From: Candidatus Woesearchaeota archaeon CG1_02_57_44
GTDB taxonomy: Archaea; Nanobdellota; Nanobdellia; Woesearchaeales; CG1-02-57-44
Direction of reading: 5' to 3'
Assembly (NCBI GenBank): GCA_001871415.1
Contig: MNWW01000066.1
Location: 2,091-66,090 of the forward strand
DNA length: 64,000 bases
Below the pieces are notes generated by a model, which ran no database searches, was not told the DNA's origin, and worked only from the letters and a program-made list of their open reading frames with translations. A program made the position numbers and the translations under genes. Of the stretch, positions 29,609 through 38,753 are shown piece after piece; position 1 is the stretch's first letter, and the number at the start of each line of letters is the position of its first letter.

Positions 29609-30325
29609 ATGAAGGCGCCAACACACCCCGCGGTGGCCGGAGGCCTGGACGAGATTCTCTCGGTGGAAGAGTTGCGCAAGCTCCCTCCGTTTGAGCGCAT
29701 CAGGAAGCTCAAGGAGCTGGAGAGCGCGCTGCAGGAGCGCATCGATACCGCGAAAAAACTAGAGCAAAGCAGTGAGCGAGAGCTCGTCGCTGAGAACGAC
29801 CAGCAGCGCGCCATCCCCCTGCAGGAGCTCAAGGCCTGGGAGATCATGGACATGTTCAGTCCTGAGGCACGTCTCATGTGGGAATCCAAGCGCTTCGCCA
29901 GCGCCCCGAGGCAGGGCAGTGATCTGGAGGAAACAGTCGAGCAGAAGGGCAGGAAAACCCATGACGGACACCATCAAGACGACTCGAGCCAGGAAGCATG
30001 GAGCATTGATGCCGTACAGGAAGCGATAGCCGCGCAGACGTATCTCGCGCAGGTGGAGCTCGCGCAGCAACCCATGAGCCTGCTTTACAAGGAAGCGCAG
30101 GAACTCTACCATGGCCTGCGGAGGGGTGAGAGCAGCGAGGCTCTGCAAGAGATACGCGACGCGTCGTACACGCTCATGGGTGTGCTGGAGATGAAGGCCA
30201 GAGCCATGGAAGGCGGGCATTATCATATCTCCAGCGGCGCCGAGGAGATAATAGAGATGCTCGATGGCGCGAAACAGATGCTCAAATACGCTGGCGGCGA
30301 TGCGCTTGGCAGCAGGACTGTGTGA
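29609..30325 (+). CDS. Hypothetical coiled-coil protein
   Basis: E/K-rich helical ORF with TTTTAAAC upstream. Confidence 0.75.
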   Translation: MKAPTHPAVAGGLDEILSVEELRKLPPFERIRKLKELESALQERIDTAKKLEQSSERELVAENDQQRAIPLQELKAWEIMDMFSPEARLMWESKRFASAPRQGSDLEETVEQKGRKTHDGHHQDDSSQEAWSIDAVQEAIAAQTYLAQVELAQQPMSLLYKEAQELYHGLRRGESSEALQEIRDASYTLMGVLEMKARAMEGGHYHISSGAEEIIEMLDGAKQMLKYAGGDALGSRTV

Positions 30326-30493
30326 ACGAAGCCAGGCAATCATCTGAGCGACGAACACCTGTCAGATTCCTTCTCCTAAAAGCCACTTCTGCAATTCAAT
30401 TCTGGCCTTTGACTTTGTTGGCCTGGCAGAGCATTCATCAGGGAGATCATACACCTACCAGTATGCACAAGACAAAAGAAAAAACAGCGCCGT

Positions 30494-30712
30494 TCAGTGG
30501 CGCATCAGGATAAAACCAGCGACAATCAGCGCAAGGGCCCAGCCAGGAGCACCCACAAGCCATCCCTGCGCCGCACCCAGCCAGTAGAGGCCGATAACCA
30601 GCAGCACCCTGCCCAGCATGCCTGGGTCAGAGCCGCAGCAGCTCACAGGCGCGCAGCACGTATCCATTGCCTTTGATGTCGCAGTCTTTTTTGAAGGACT
30701 CTTTTTTGCCAT
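30494..30712 (-). CDS. Small membrane protein
   Basis: K-rich N-terminus, CC..CC motif, two hydrophobic segments; TTTTAAAC on the minus strand upstream. Confidence 0.65.
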   Translation of the reverse strand: MAKKSPSKKTATSKAMDTCCAPVSCCGSDPGMLGRVLLVIGLYWLGAAQGWLVGAPGWALALIVAGFILMRH

Positions 30713-31094
30713 TGAATGATTGACGCACCGCTAGTTTAAAAAACTTTTTATAAAGTCATCCTGAGAAAGGGACAAAAGAAGCGCATTGTTGAGCTGCCGA
30801 ACCGCGTTGGCTGAATTCTGCGTCGGGTAAGGTAGGAAGCTGTCGAATATGCCCGATCACGCGTGGTGCCTGCCATCCGGGCACCTTCCTGGCCACTGCT
30901 TGACCGCTGGGGCCTTATAAGATGCTGGACGCACTGCAGCGCCATTGCTTGCAGTCCGTTATTGGCCTTGCAGCAGAGACATCATCATACGCAAGAGCAT
31001 CCAGGCTTATCCCTTGACGCTGCGCAGCGCAAGAGACGTTTCTCCCTGTCAAAATAGCGAAACCCTTTAATAATGCTGATGCCAGAAAATGTGC

Positions 31095-33215
31095 ATGGTT
31101 GTTTTTGACAATGGCTACCAGAGCGCGATGGACAGTCCGATGCGCGCTCCAGCCAACAGGGCTACCCCCTGGGACAATATCGAGCGACCATTGATACCTA
31201 TCCGTGATATTGGTAAAACGGTCACAGAAGGCAGGGCAGCTGGCGGCACATTCATGGAGAGCGTGCAGGCCGCAATCCGGGAAGGAACCGGCCAGCTTGA
31301 GCTCTCAACGCAGATGGAAGGCCAGGAACCACGCACTGGCGCAGAGTCATACGGCAAGGAAGCGCGTGAGGAGCTTCGCGACATGGCGCGCGTCAACCAG
31401 GTCAAGATAACAAGTGTCCACGCGCCCACGCAAGTAGGTAATGTCTCAGGCTTCGCAGGCCCGGAGCGAGGCTTCATCAATGAGCAGCGAGAGCTGCAGG
31501 TCAATGAGATACGAAAGGCGATAGAATTCGCGGCAGACGTTGCCACGGGCGAGCAGGCGACAGCCATTGTGTTTCACACAGGAGAATTCCACAGGCCCAT
31601 GACCGAAGCTGACTGGAACAAGGACAAGATGTTCAAGACGTACATGGAAGAGCAGGAACGCGCTGTGGTTCCGCTGGTCGATAGAAGGACAGGGCACGTC
31701 ATCCAGCAGGTCAGAAAGAATCAGCCCATCGCCAGGCCCAAGTGGCTTCGCGCTGAGGATGACTACACGTTCACGGACCCTGGCAATGGCGAGCAGACAC
31801 CTGTCAAGAAAGGAGAGTATGTCGATTACTTCAAACGGCCGGTGGGTTATGAAGGCAGGGTGCCTGTGTTCAACTCCGAGAAGGGCAGGTTTGAGACTGA
31901 GCTATGGACATGGGAACAATTTGAGCAACTGGCTCGTGAGCGTAATGTGACGGTCGCCGCTGAGCATAGCACATCTGTTGAGGACCTTAATCCAGACCTG
32001 AAAGTCACGCCTGAAGAGATGTTCCTGGAAACACAGGTAGAGACTAATGAGCGTCAGGCGCGCGGCTGGGCATTGTTCCACAGCAGCAGATTCGATGATA
32101 CGAGAAAGCTCTACAACAAGTTGCTAGAAGCGCGCAAGTGGTACGTGAAACTCGAGGAAAACATTCCCGAGGAGGAGAAATGGCGAATCAAACAGGTCAT
32201 CCATGAGATGGGCGGCAACGCCGCGCGCTTCCTGGGCTCAGAGGAGAAGTATCCGACGGAGATATTAGACAAGGAGATCAGGGACTTGCAGTGGAGCATG
32301 GAGCACATCCGCGAAGGTTCCGTAGGATACGAGATGCAGGCGCGCGAGCAGAAGATGCTGCGCAACAACGCGGTATCGACGCAGAAGTACGCATTGCGCC
32401 AGAGCGCCAAGTCCATGGCAGAAGCAGGCCTGTTCGCCCTTGATGTGACGCAGCAAAAGGGCCTTGACAAACCGATATTCATAGCTCCGGAAAACGTCTG
32501 GCCTGAGATGGGCTATGGCAGCCATCCGGATGAGATAATCCACCTCATCAAGCTGGGCCGCGATAAGATGGTCGAATACCTCACCGCTGATAAGATTGAA
32601 GACCCGAGCATGGTGGCCAAAGACCCGGAGACGGGGGAGATACGCATGGTCGATAATCCCTACAAGCGCTCGGGCATCAGCAAACCCGAAGCACAGAAGC
32701 TCGCCTCAGACCACATCCGCATGACCCTGGACACGCAACACCTGGGCATGTGGTGGCGCTACTTTCAGAAGGAACCTGGGGAGACTGAAGCGCAGGCAAA
32801 AGAGCGCTTCAATGGATGGTACATGGAGCAGATGAAAAAGCTCGTTGACACCGACACCGTCGGCTATGTGCATCTGGTCGATGGCTGGGGCAGAGGGCAT
32901 ACGCATCTGCCAGCAGGCGAAGGCAGCCAGCCCGTCGTCACAGCAATAGAATACCTCAAGAAGCGCGGCTTCACCGGCAGCATCAACAGCGAGGGCTTCG
33001 GCGAGCCAGGCAGGCAGCTCTCACGCACATGGGCAGCGTTCGGCAGCCCCATCTACAGCTCGGCCGTCGGCTCTGAAGCCATGTCAGCGCCCAATCGCTG
33101 GGGTGATGTCTGGCAATCGTACATGCACCGACCACCGCGCACGCCCTACTATGTCTTCGGCGCCTACTCACCCAGCGAGGACTGGACGCTCTGGAGCGGG
33201 GTGCAGATGGAATGA
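31095..33215 (+). CDS. Xylose-isomerase/AP-endonuclease-2-like TIM-barrel protein with large insertions
   Basis: SVHAP, VFHTGE, APEN, TLDTQH, HLVDGWG..HTHLPAGEG, NSE metal-binding pattern. Confidence 0.8.
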   Translation: MVVFDNGYQSAMDSPMRAPANRATPWDNIERPLIPIRDIGKTVTEGRAAGGTFMESVQAAIREGTGQLELSTQMEGQEPRTGAESYGKEAREELRDMARVNQVKITSVHAPTQVGNVSGFAGPERGFINEQRELQVNEIRKAIEFAADVATGEQATAIVFHTGEFHRPMTEADWNKDKMFKTYMEEQERAVVPLVDRRTGHVIQQVRKNQPIARPKWLRAEDDYTFTDPGNGEQTPVKKGEYVDYFKRPVGYEGRVPVFNSEKGRFETELWTWEQFEQLARERNVTVAAEHSTSVEDLNPDLKVTPEEMFLETQVETNERQARGWALFHSSRFDDTRKLYNKLLEARKWYVKLEENIPEEEKWRIKQVIHEMGGNAARFLGSEEKYPTEILDKEIRDLQWSMEHIREGSVGYEMQAREQKMLRNNAVSTQKYALRQSAKSMAEAGLFALDVTQQKGLDKPIFIAPENVWPEMGYGSHPDEIIHLIKLGRDKMVEYLTADKIEDPSMVAKDPETGEIRMVDNPYKRSGISKPEAQKLASDHIRMTLDTQHLGMWWRYFQKEPGETEAQAKERFNGWYMEQMKKLVDTDTVGYVHLVDGWGRGHTHLPAGEGSQPVVTAIEYLKKRGFTGSINSEGFGEPGRQLSRTWAAFGSPIYSSAVGSEAMSAPNRWGDVWQSYMHRPPRTPYYVFGAYSPSEDWTLWSGVQME

Positions 33216-33730
33216 GACCGTTCCAGGACGTCAAGAGCGCGTATGAAGAGCTGTATGTATCCATGCTGCGCTCAGGCAAGCCCACGTGGAAGCCCACAGA
33301 AAAAGGCTACTGGGGCATGGCCGTATCTGATGAAGTGCACGAGCTGCTCAGGCAGTTGAACATGGGCTCGCAGCACAAGCTGCTGGACCTTGGCAGCGGT
33401 GATGGCAAAGTCGTCTTGATAGCGGCGGCGCTGGGCATGGACGCCACTGGCATCGAGCATGACAAGGAGCTGCATGACATCGCTGAAAGCATGCGCAAGA
33501 AACTGCGCCTTCCCGCGACCTTCATCAACGCCGACTTCAACGACCACTCATGGAAGGGATTTCACCTAGTGTTCAGCAACCCGGACCAGCACCTTGACGA
33601 GGAGAAGCTGCAGACAGAGCTGACCGGACGGCTTGTGGTGTACGGACCGCACTACCATCCCAATTCGCTGCGCAAACACCGCACGCTGGACATACAAGGG
33701 ACGCTCATCAGCGTGTTCGGGAAGGAGTAG
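33212..33730 (+). CDS. Class I SAM-dependent methyltransferase
   Basis: LLDLGSGDGKVV, GIE; ATGA overlap with the TIM-barrel gene. Confidence 0.85.
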   Translation: MRPFQDVKSAYEELYVSMLRSGKPTWKPTEKGYWGMAVSDEVHELLRQLNMGSQHKLLDLGSGDGKVVLIAAALGMDATGIEHDKELHDIAESMRKKLRLPATFINADFNDHSWKGFHLVFSNPDQHLDEEKLQTELTGRLVVYGPHYHPNSLRKHRTLDIQGTLISVFGKE

Positions 33731-33811
33731 CGACAAAGAGTTCCTGCAGGGATACCATCACCATTGGTACGCGCATCATCATATCACACCCACCTTTCTG
33801 CTACACACCGC

Positions 33812-34798
33812 TCAATTGCCATGTGCCATTTCCCTGTACAGCCCCCACGCATCCTTTCCCGTCACGGTGTCAGCAAGCTGCCTCAGCACCTTTATGAACG
33901 CGGCATCATGCAGCCCATTCATCGCTGGCTCCGGGATACGCACCTCTGTGCGCACACCACCAACATTTCGCTCCACAAGGATGCGGGCCCAGGCGAAGGT
34001 GAAGGCAAACGCTTTCGCTTCTTCTTGCACAGGGTCATCGAGCGTCGGGCTCAGCACATGGCCAAGCTCATGGCCAGCGACGACAAGCATGCGAGCAAGC
34101 ATCGCTTTCTGCAACACTATCTCTGAGGTCATGACACGTCCCGCAGCACTGCCAAGCCCTAGCGCGGATCCGGCATCAGCGCTATCGGCGGCCCCATTGC
34201 CATTGAACGAAAGCCCCAGAACGCCGTCATTCGCTCTGCCGCCGACAACCAACTGCAGTTGCCGAAATTCCAGAGTCGCGAGGATAGTCACCAGGATATT
34301 GTCCGGCAGCTGTTGGCCTGAAAGAGCCGAGAACGCGTCATCGAGCAATGGACGCAGCGGCCCGTGATGCGGCAGTGCCTGCAGTCCAGGCCTGCCCGTG
34401 CCTGCCATGAAATCATCAGCAATGAAGAGCGGGGCGTACTGCGCGCTCTTGGCGCCCGCGCCACTTGAAACGCCATACAACAGCGGCGCGCCATATAGCA
34501 TCAACCCCGCGTTCGCGGCTGACGTGTACATCGGGATCATCTGCTGGGAGCTGGTCGGCTCTACTGCTGAAAGGTACGCGACATGCCCTCCAACGCGCGA
34601 TCCGCCCTGGCTGACAGACCCTCCTGCAATCAACGACAGATCGTAGGACGCGCTCGCATATGCAAGTGAGCGCATGCCTGCGCCACCCCGACATCCCTGC
34701 TGCGCGCTGTATGCCGTCGCGATGCCCCCGGCAGCGCCCGCTCCAGCGTACTTGCTTCCCGCACCACTATAGCCGCAGCTGCGGCAGCCATATCCCAT
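33812..34798 (-). CDS. Hypothetical zinc metallopeptidase-like protein
   Basis: VLGLS...VAGHELGHVL...EEAKAFAF; Gly/Ala/Ser/Tyr-rich N-terminus with CxxC. Confidence 0.7.
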   Translation of the reverse strand: MGYGCRSCGYSGAGSKYAGAGAAGGIATAYSAQQGCRGGAGMRSLAYASASYDLSLIAGGSVSQGGSRVGGHVAYLSAVEPTSSQQMIPMYTSAANAGLMLYGAPLLYGVSSGAGAKSAQYAPLFIADDFMAGTGRPGLQALPHHGPLRPLLDDAFSALSGQQLPDNILVTILATLEFRQLQLVVGGRANDGVLGLSFNGNGAADSADAGSALGLGSAAGRVMTSEIVLQKAMLARMLVVAGHELGHVLSPTLDDPVQEEAKAFAFTFAWARILVERNVGGVRTEVRIPEPAMNGLHDAAFIKVLRQLADTVTGKDAWGLYREMAHGN

Positions 34799-34962
34799 GT
34801 TGATTCAGAAGCAATTCCATCTTATAAGCACTACTTGCCTCAAAGAAACAGTTCCGTGGCAGGCGCGCAACAGCAGTTGACTTTACTGCGCTCAATCGCA
34901 TTCGCGTCGTATCCCCTGTATCGGATACAGCATCTTCAGGAAAAATCTTCCAGACAACACCT

Positions 34963-35580
34963 TTATTTCAAACCAGCGCTCCGCAGCTTCCGATACAATG
35001 TCTCGCGCCTGATACCCGCGTGCCTTGCTGCTTGGGTCATGGACGGATATAACGTCAGCAGCAGGCGGAAATATTGTCGGTCGAATTCCTGGTCAGCGTC
35101 TGTCAATGGAATAACCGCTTCAATCTCCTGTGCGATACCATCAGAAAGCTCAGGAACCGACTCATAGAGCCGATGCAATCTATCCGGATGCAGGATGTCC
35201 GCATATCCTGCAATGACGTGCGAGAGCCTCTCACCGATCATATCACGAGCCACGTATTCGGGCTTTGGTAATTCCTTGCGTATTGCCTTAACATCGATAC
35301 GCAACTGCTTTGCCATGCGATGCAATGTCTTACGGTCAATGCCCAATGCTTTCGCGGCCAAGCTCACATTGCCCCAACGCATGGCCAGTGTCCGTCTCAG
35401 CAATTCAGCGCGGAACCTGTCGCGCGCCTCTCGGTAAGGCAGGCGCACGTCAATCGCGTACGGCAGAAAGGGTTTGGCCATGACATCAGTGATGTCTTTT
35501 TGCAGAGCAGGCATATGCGTGCCAACGCTCCTTCGGACCGCGCTGTCTATCGCCTCGAGGAGCTCATCCATGCCAGGCAT
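34963..35580 (-). CDS. Protein with two tandem Fis-type (HTH_8) helix-turn-helix domains
   Basis: WGNVSLAAKALGIDRKTLHR and SMTQAARHAGIRRETLYRKL; start placed at MPGMDE from TATA spacing. Confidence 0.82.
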   Translation of the reverse strand: MPGMDELLEAIDSAVRRSVGTHMPALQKDITDVMAKPFLPYAIDVRLPYREARDRFRAELLRRTLAMRWGNVSLAAKALGIDRKTLHRMAKQLRIDVKAIRKELPKPEYVARDMIGERLSHVIAGYADILHPDRLHRLYESVPELSDGIAQEIEAVIPLTDADQEFDRQYFRLLLTLYPSMTQAARHAGIRRETLYRKLRSAGLK

Positions 35581-35822
35581 GGAGCATGTGGGGCAATCCG
35601 TGCATAAAAATGCTTGTGCGATACTGCGCCACCAGCGCCGCATGCCTCCTGCCCCTGTCCTCGACACCCGCCCAAATCGCGCCCAACAGCAGACACCGCA
35701 ATACCACCAATACCATTACACAATAGTAATAAAAGTATATATAAACCGAGGACCCCTGCGGTAACTATCAATGTCGGGAAAGAGAGGTGAGCAGGGCATT
35801 TTCGCCCTGTCTTTATACTACC

Positions 35823-36647
35823 ATGGAATTTGATATCAGCCGCAAGCCGAATCCCAATGTCCAGCACTACGCGGACAATGATATGACGGCGGTCTATGAT
35901 TTCTCCAGCAAGGCCTACAAGGAGTTCGGCAATTTCATCAAGTGCATCGTGCTCTTCGGCGGAGCAGCGAAGCGCTCGAACCATCATGACATCGATGTGC
36001 TGTTGGTCGTCGATGACCTCTATATGCAAGTCACCCCCGAGCTGGTCGAAGCCTATCGCGTCATCATCGAGCGCATGGTCAATGATACAGACAAGCGCCT
36101 GCACATCACCACGCTCAAGCTCACCAGTTTCTGGGAATACGCCAAAGCAGGAGACCCCATCATCATCAACATCTTGCGTGACGGTATCGCGGTGCTCGAC
36201 ACAGGATTCTTCGAGCCGCTGCAGAGCCTGTTCCGGCAGGGCAGGATACGGCCGACGCCTGAAGCGGTCTGGGCATACTACGCCAAGGCGCCGATGTCCA
36301 TCAGCAACGCGCACTGGCGCCTGGAGCAGGCGGCCTTCGACCTCTACTGGGCAGTCATCGACGCTGCCCACGCGGCGCTCATGCACATTGGAGAAATACC
36401 CCCAAGCCCTGAGCACGCAGCCGACATGCTCGAGCAGAAGCTCGTCAAGCGAAAGCTCGTCAATGCCACGTGCAGCAAGACCATGCAGAAGTTCTATGAC
36501 CTCTCCCGCGACATCCTTGACCGCAAGTCACGGCTGACCGGCAAGGACTATGACCAGCTGCGCAAGGAAGCGCAGGAGTTCGTCGCTGAGATGCGCGGCT
36601 TTATCTGGCAGGAAGATAAGGGGAAGAAACAGACTGCGACAAAGTAG
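35823..36647 (+). CDS. Minimal nucleotidyltransferase (MNT) fused to a HEPN-like domain
   Basis: IVLFGG..K....DIDVLLVVDD; C-terminal DLYWAVIDAAHAALM helical bundle. Confidence 0.8.
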   Translation: MEFDISRKPNPNVQHYADNDMTAVYDFSSKAYKEFGNFIKCIVLFGGAAKRSNHHDIDVLLVVDDLYMQVTPELVEAYRVIIERMVNDTDKRLHITTLKLTSFWEYAKAGDPIIINILRDGIAVLDTGFFEPLQSLFRQGRIRPTPEAVWAYYAKAPMSISNAHWRLEQAAFDLYWAVIDAAHAALMHIGEIPPSPEHAADMLEQKLVKRKLVNATCSKTMQKFYDLSRDILDRKSRLTGKDYDQLRKEAQEFVAEMRGFIWQEDKGKKQTATK

Positions 36648-36671
36648 ACCAAGGCTCGATTTCTGCCAATA

Positions 36672-37832
36672 CTAGCACAGTTCTATGACCCTCTTCACTT
36701 CAATACCCAGAGCGTCCAGCTTGGGCCCTTCCATGCGGAAATCTGCCCGTACCGCATATCCATTATCCGGATGCGCGACACGCAGCCCCCGGGTCTTGAC
36801 ATTGTTCGCATAGTTGATGAGCCGGGTGATACGCTCATGCCGTGCACTCATATGATCGGCAAGTGATTCCAATGGCACCAGCCCAAAGGGCACATCCTCC
36901 ACCAGCCGCCGGTTGCCATACACATCCTCGAGGGTGACTGCCTTGTCCCCATACGCCAGCACCAGACGCTCGGAGAGGTCCATGTCGTCCTGGATGGATG
37001 GATTGAGACGCGCCAACCATTCGGCGATACCCTCCAACTGGAATCCGAACTCACCAGCCATGTGCTCGCGCTCCCCATAGACATCGTTTATCAGATCCGC
37101 CTCAGGACCGCTGAGCGAACCATACAGCGAAAAACGAGGGACTTCCCCCTGCATACGGAGCGCCCGGAAACTGTTCTCGGCCGCGATGATGGCGACGGCA
37201 TTGAGTGTCGAGTCATGGTTCTGCAGCGCGATGCGCAGTGGGTGCATCCCATCGATAAATGAGTCTTGACGGAACAATTCGTTGAGCATCGCCACCCTGT
37301 CAGCATTCCTCGCCGGGTCGATGTTCGAGTACTGCACCTTTGATTTCATGTTTCTCGTATGCACTTGCCATGGCCCTGTGATATCGCTCTGGTCCTTATG
37401 CGCATAGAAGATGGAGGTCGATACCTCGCCGATGTCATACTCACCCTCAGCACCTGCTGCCCGCAACGACCTTCGCAGCAGATAGGAGCTGCAGAACTTC
37501 CCAGGAAACATGACCAGGGGCTGCATTGGTTGAAGGACCCCAGCAAGCCGTTCGCCCAGGTCTGTATGACCCTTGGCAAGGATGGAGACCAGCACCATAT
37601 CAGCACCCACCACCGCATGAGCCACATCCGTGGTCATGCCGACGGTCACGGGACCTGACTCCTCAGCTATCGGCTTGGCGTAATCCACCACGATGGTATG
37701 CTCTCTCGCGACATCCAGGTATTCGCGACCAGGTTGACGTCTTCAGCAGACCGTCACATCATGCCCGTGCTTGCCCAGATAGCCAGCGGTGGCCAGACCA
37801 ACATCCCCAGAGCCGATGATGCCGATTTTCAT
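36672..37832 (-). pseudogene. NAD/NADP opine (octopine/nopaline) dehydrogenase-like gene interrupted by an in-frame TGA at codon 30
   Basis: MKIGIIGSGDVG...GHDVTVC*RRQ continues in the same frame as the 339-aa track ORF; C-terminal RRLVEDVPFGLVPL and DFRMEG. Confidence 0.7.
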
Positions 37833-38013
37833 GGAAGCACAATCAGGCAATGCCATAAAAAACTTTGCCGTCACTTGTACGAAAGACGTACTATCGACAA
37901 AGCCCAGCACCCCCACATCACCGTCGACGACACCTCATCCTGGGAAGATCCGCACCTGACAGCGGGAGCATCCGCCAAAAGATACAAAAAGACCCGGAAA
38001 TCTTCCGTACAAC

Positions 38014-38685
38014 ATGGAATTTTCTCAGGAAAAAACGCAGCAGCTCGCCAGAGCAGACCTGTCCAAGAAAGGCAGTGTCGATGATGGTGTCAAAGGCATC
38101 ATCGCGCTGCTCAACGCGCATGACGACTACTACACGACCAGCAGCTGCGCCGGCAGGATAACGCTGCTTGTCGTGCCCCGCACGGGCAGGAAATGCGACG
38201 CGTCCTGGCTGTATGTAAGCCATGATCCAGCAGACGCTGACGCGGTAATCGCTGCGATGCCGCCACCGCCTAATAGGACAGGGACTGCTGACAACAGCAT
38301 CGCAGGTATTGACGGCGACGTGTGGCTGCGCCAGGAATCAGCCATATTGCATGTCGCGGTACGCACGATGGAGGTCGCGAATGCACTGCTTATCGTCGGG
38401 CGTCGAGCAGGCTTCAAGCACAGCGGCGTCATGGCCATGGACAAGCGCATCATGGTGGAGATAATGGGCATCGATAGGTTGGAAGCGCCCGTGCTCATCA
38501 ATGGAACGCGCGTTGCCAGCGATGACTACCTACGGACGCTTGTCAGCGCGGCAAATGCCAAGCTCGAGCGGAACGCGCAACGGCTGGCCAGGCTGGAGCA
38601 GGAGCTGCGGACAATCTGTGCCACCACACAGCACAGTAAGCGCCCTGAGGACAGTGAAGAAAGAAGAATGAAGGAAGCGCTATAG
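38014..38685 (+). CDS. taw3: tRNA wybutosine-synthesis methyltransferase Tyw3/Taw3
   Basis: DLSKKGSVD, YYTTSSCAGRI, WLYVSH, ILHV, GFKHSG. Confidence 0.92.
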   Translation: MEFSQEKTQQLARADLSKKGSVDDGVKGIIALLNAHDDYYTTSSCAGRITLLVVPRTGRKCDASWLYVSHDPADADAVIAAMPPPPNRTGTADNSIAGIDGDVWLRQESAILHVAVRTMEVANALLIVGRRAGFKHSGVMAMDKRIMVEIMGIDRLEAPVLINGTRVASDDYLRTLVSAANAKLERNAQRLARLEQELRTICATTQHSKRPEDSEERRMKEAL

Positions 38686-38753
38686 AGGCATAGCGTCGAT
38701 AGGAAAGAAAAGGAAAAATAAGCGATGCTGATAGACAGCGACTGAATTATGGC

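Noticed and set aside
30780..30900. SRP RNA or RNase P RNA
   Set aside because: Lacks the SRP helix-8 consensus and the RNase P GAGGAAAGUCC motif; kept only as a generic ncRNA candidate
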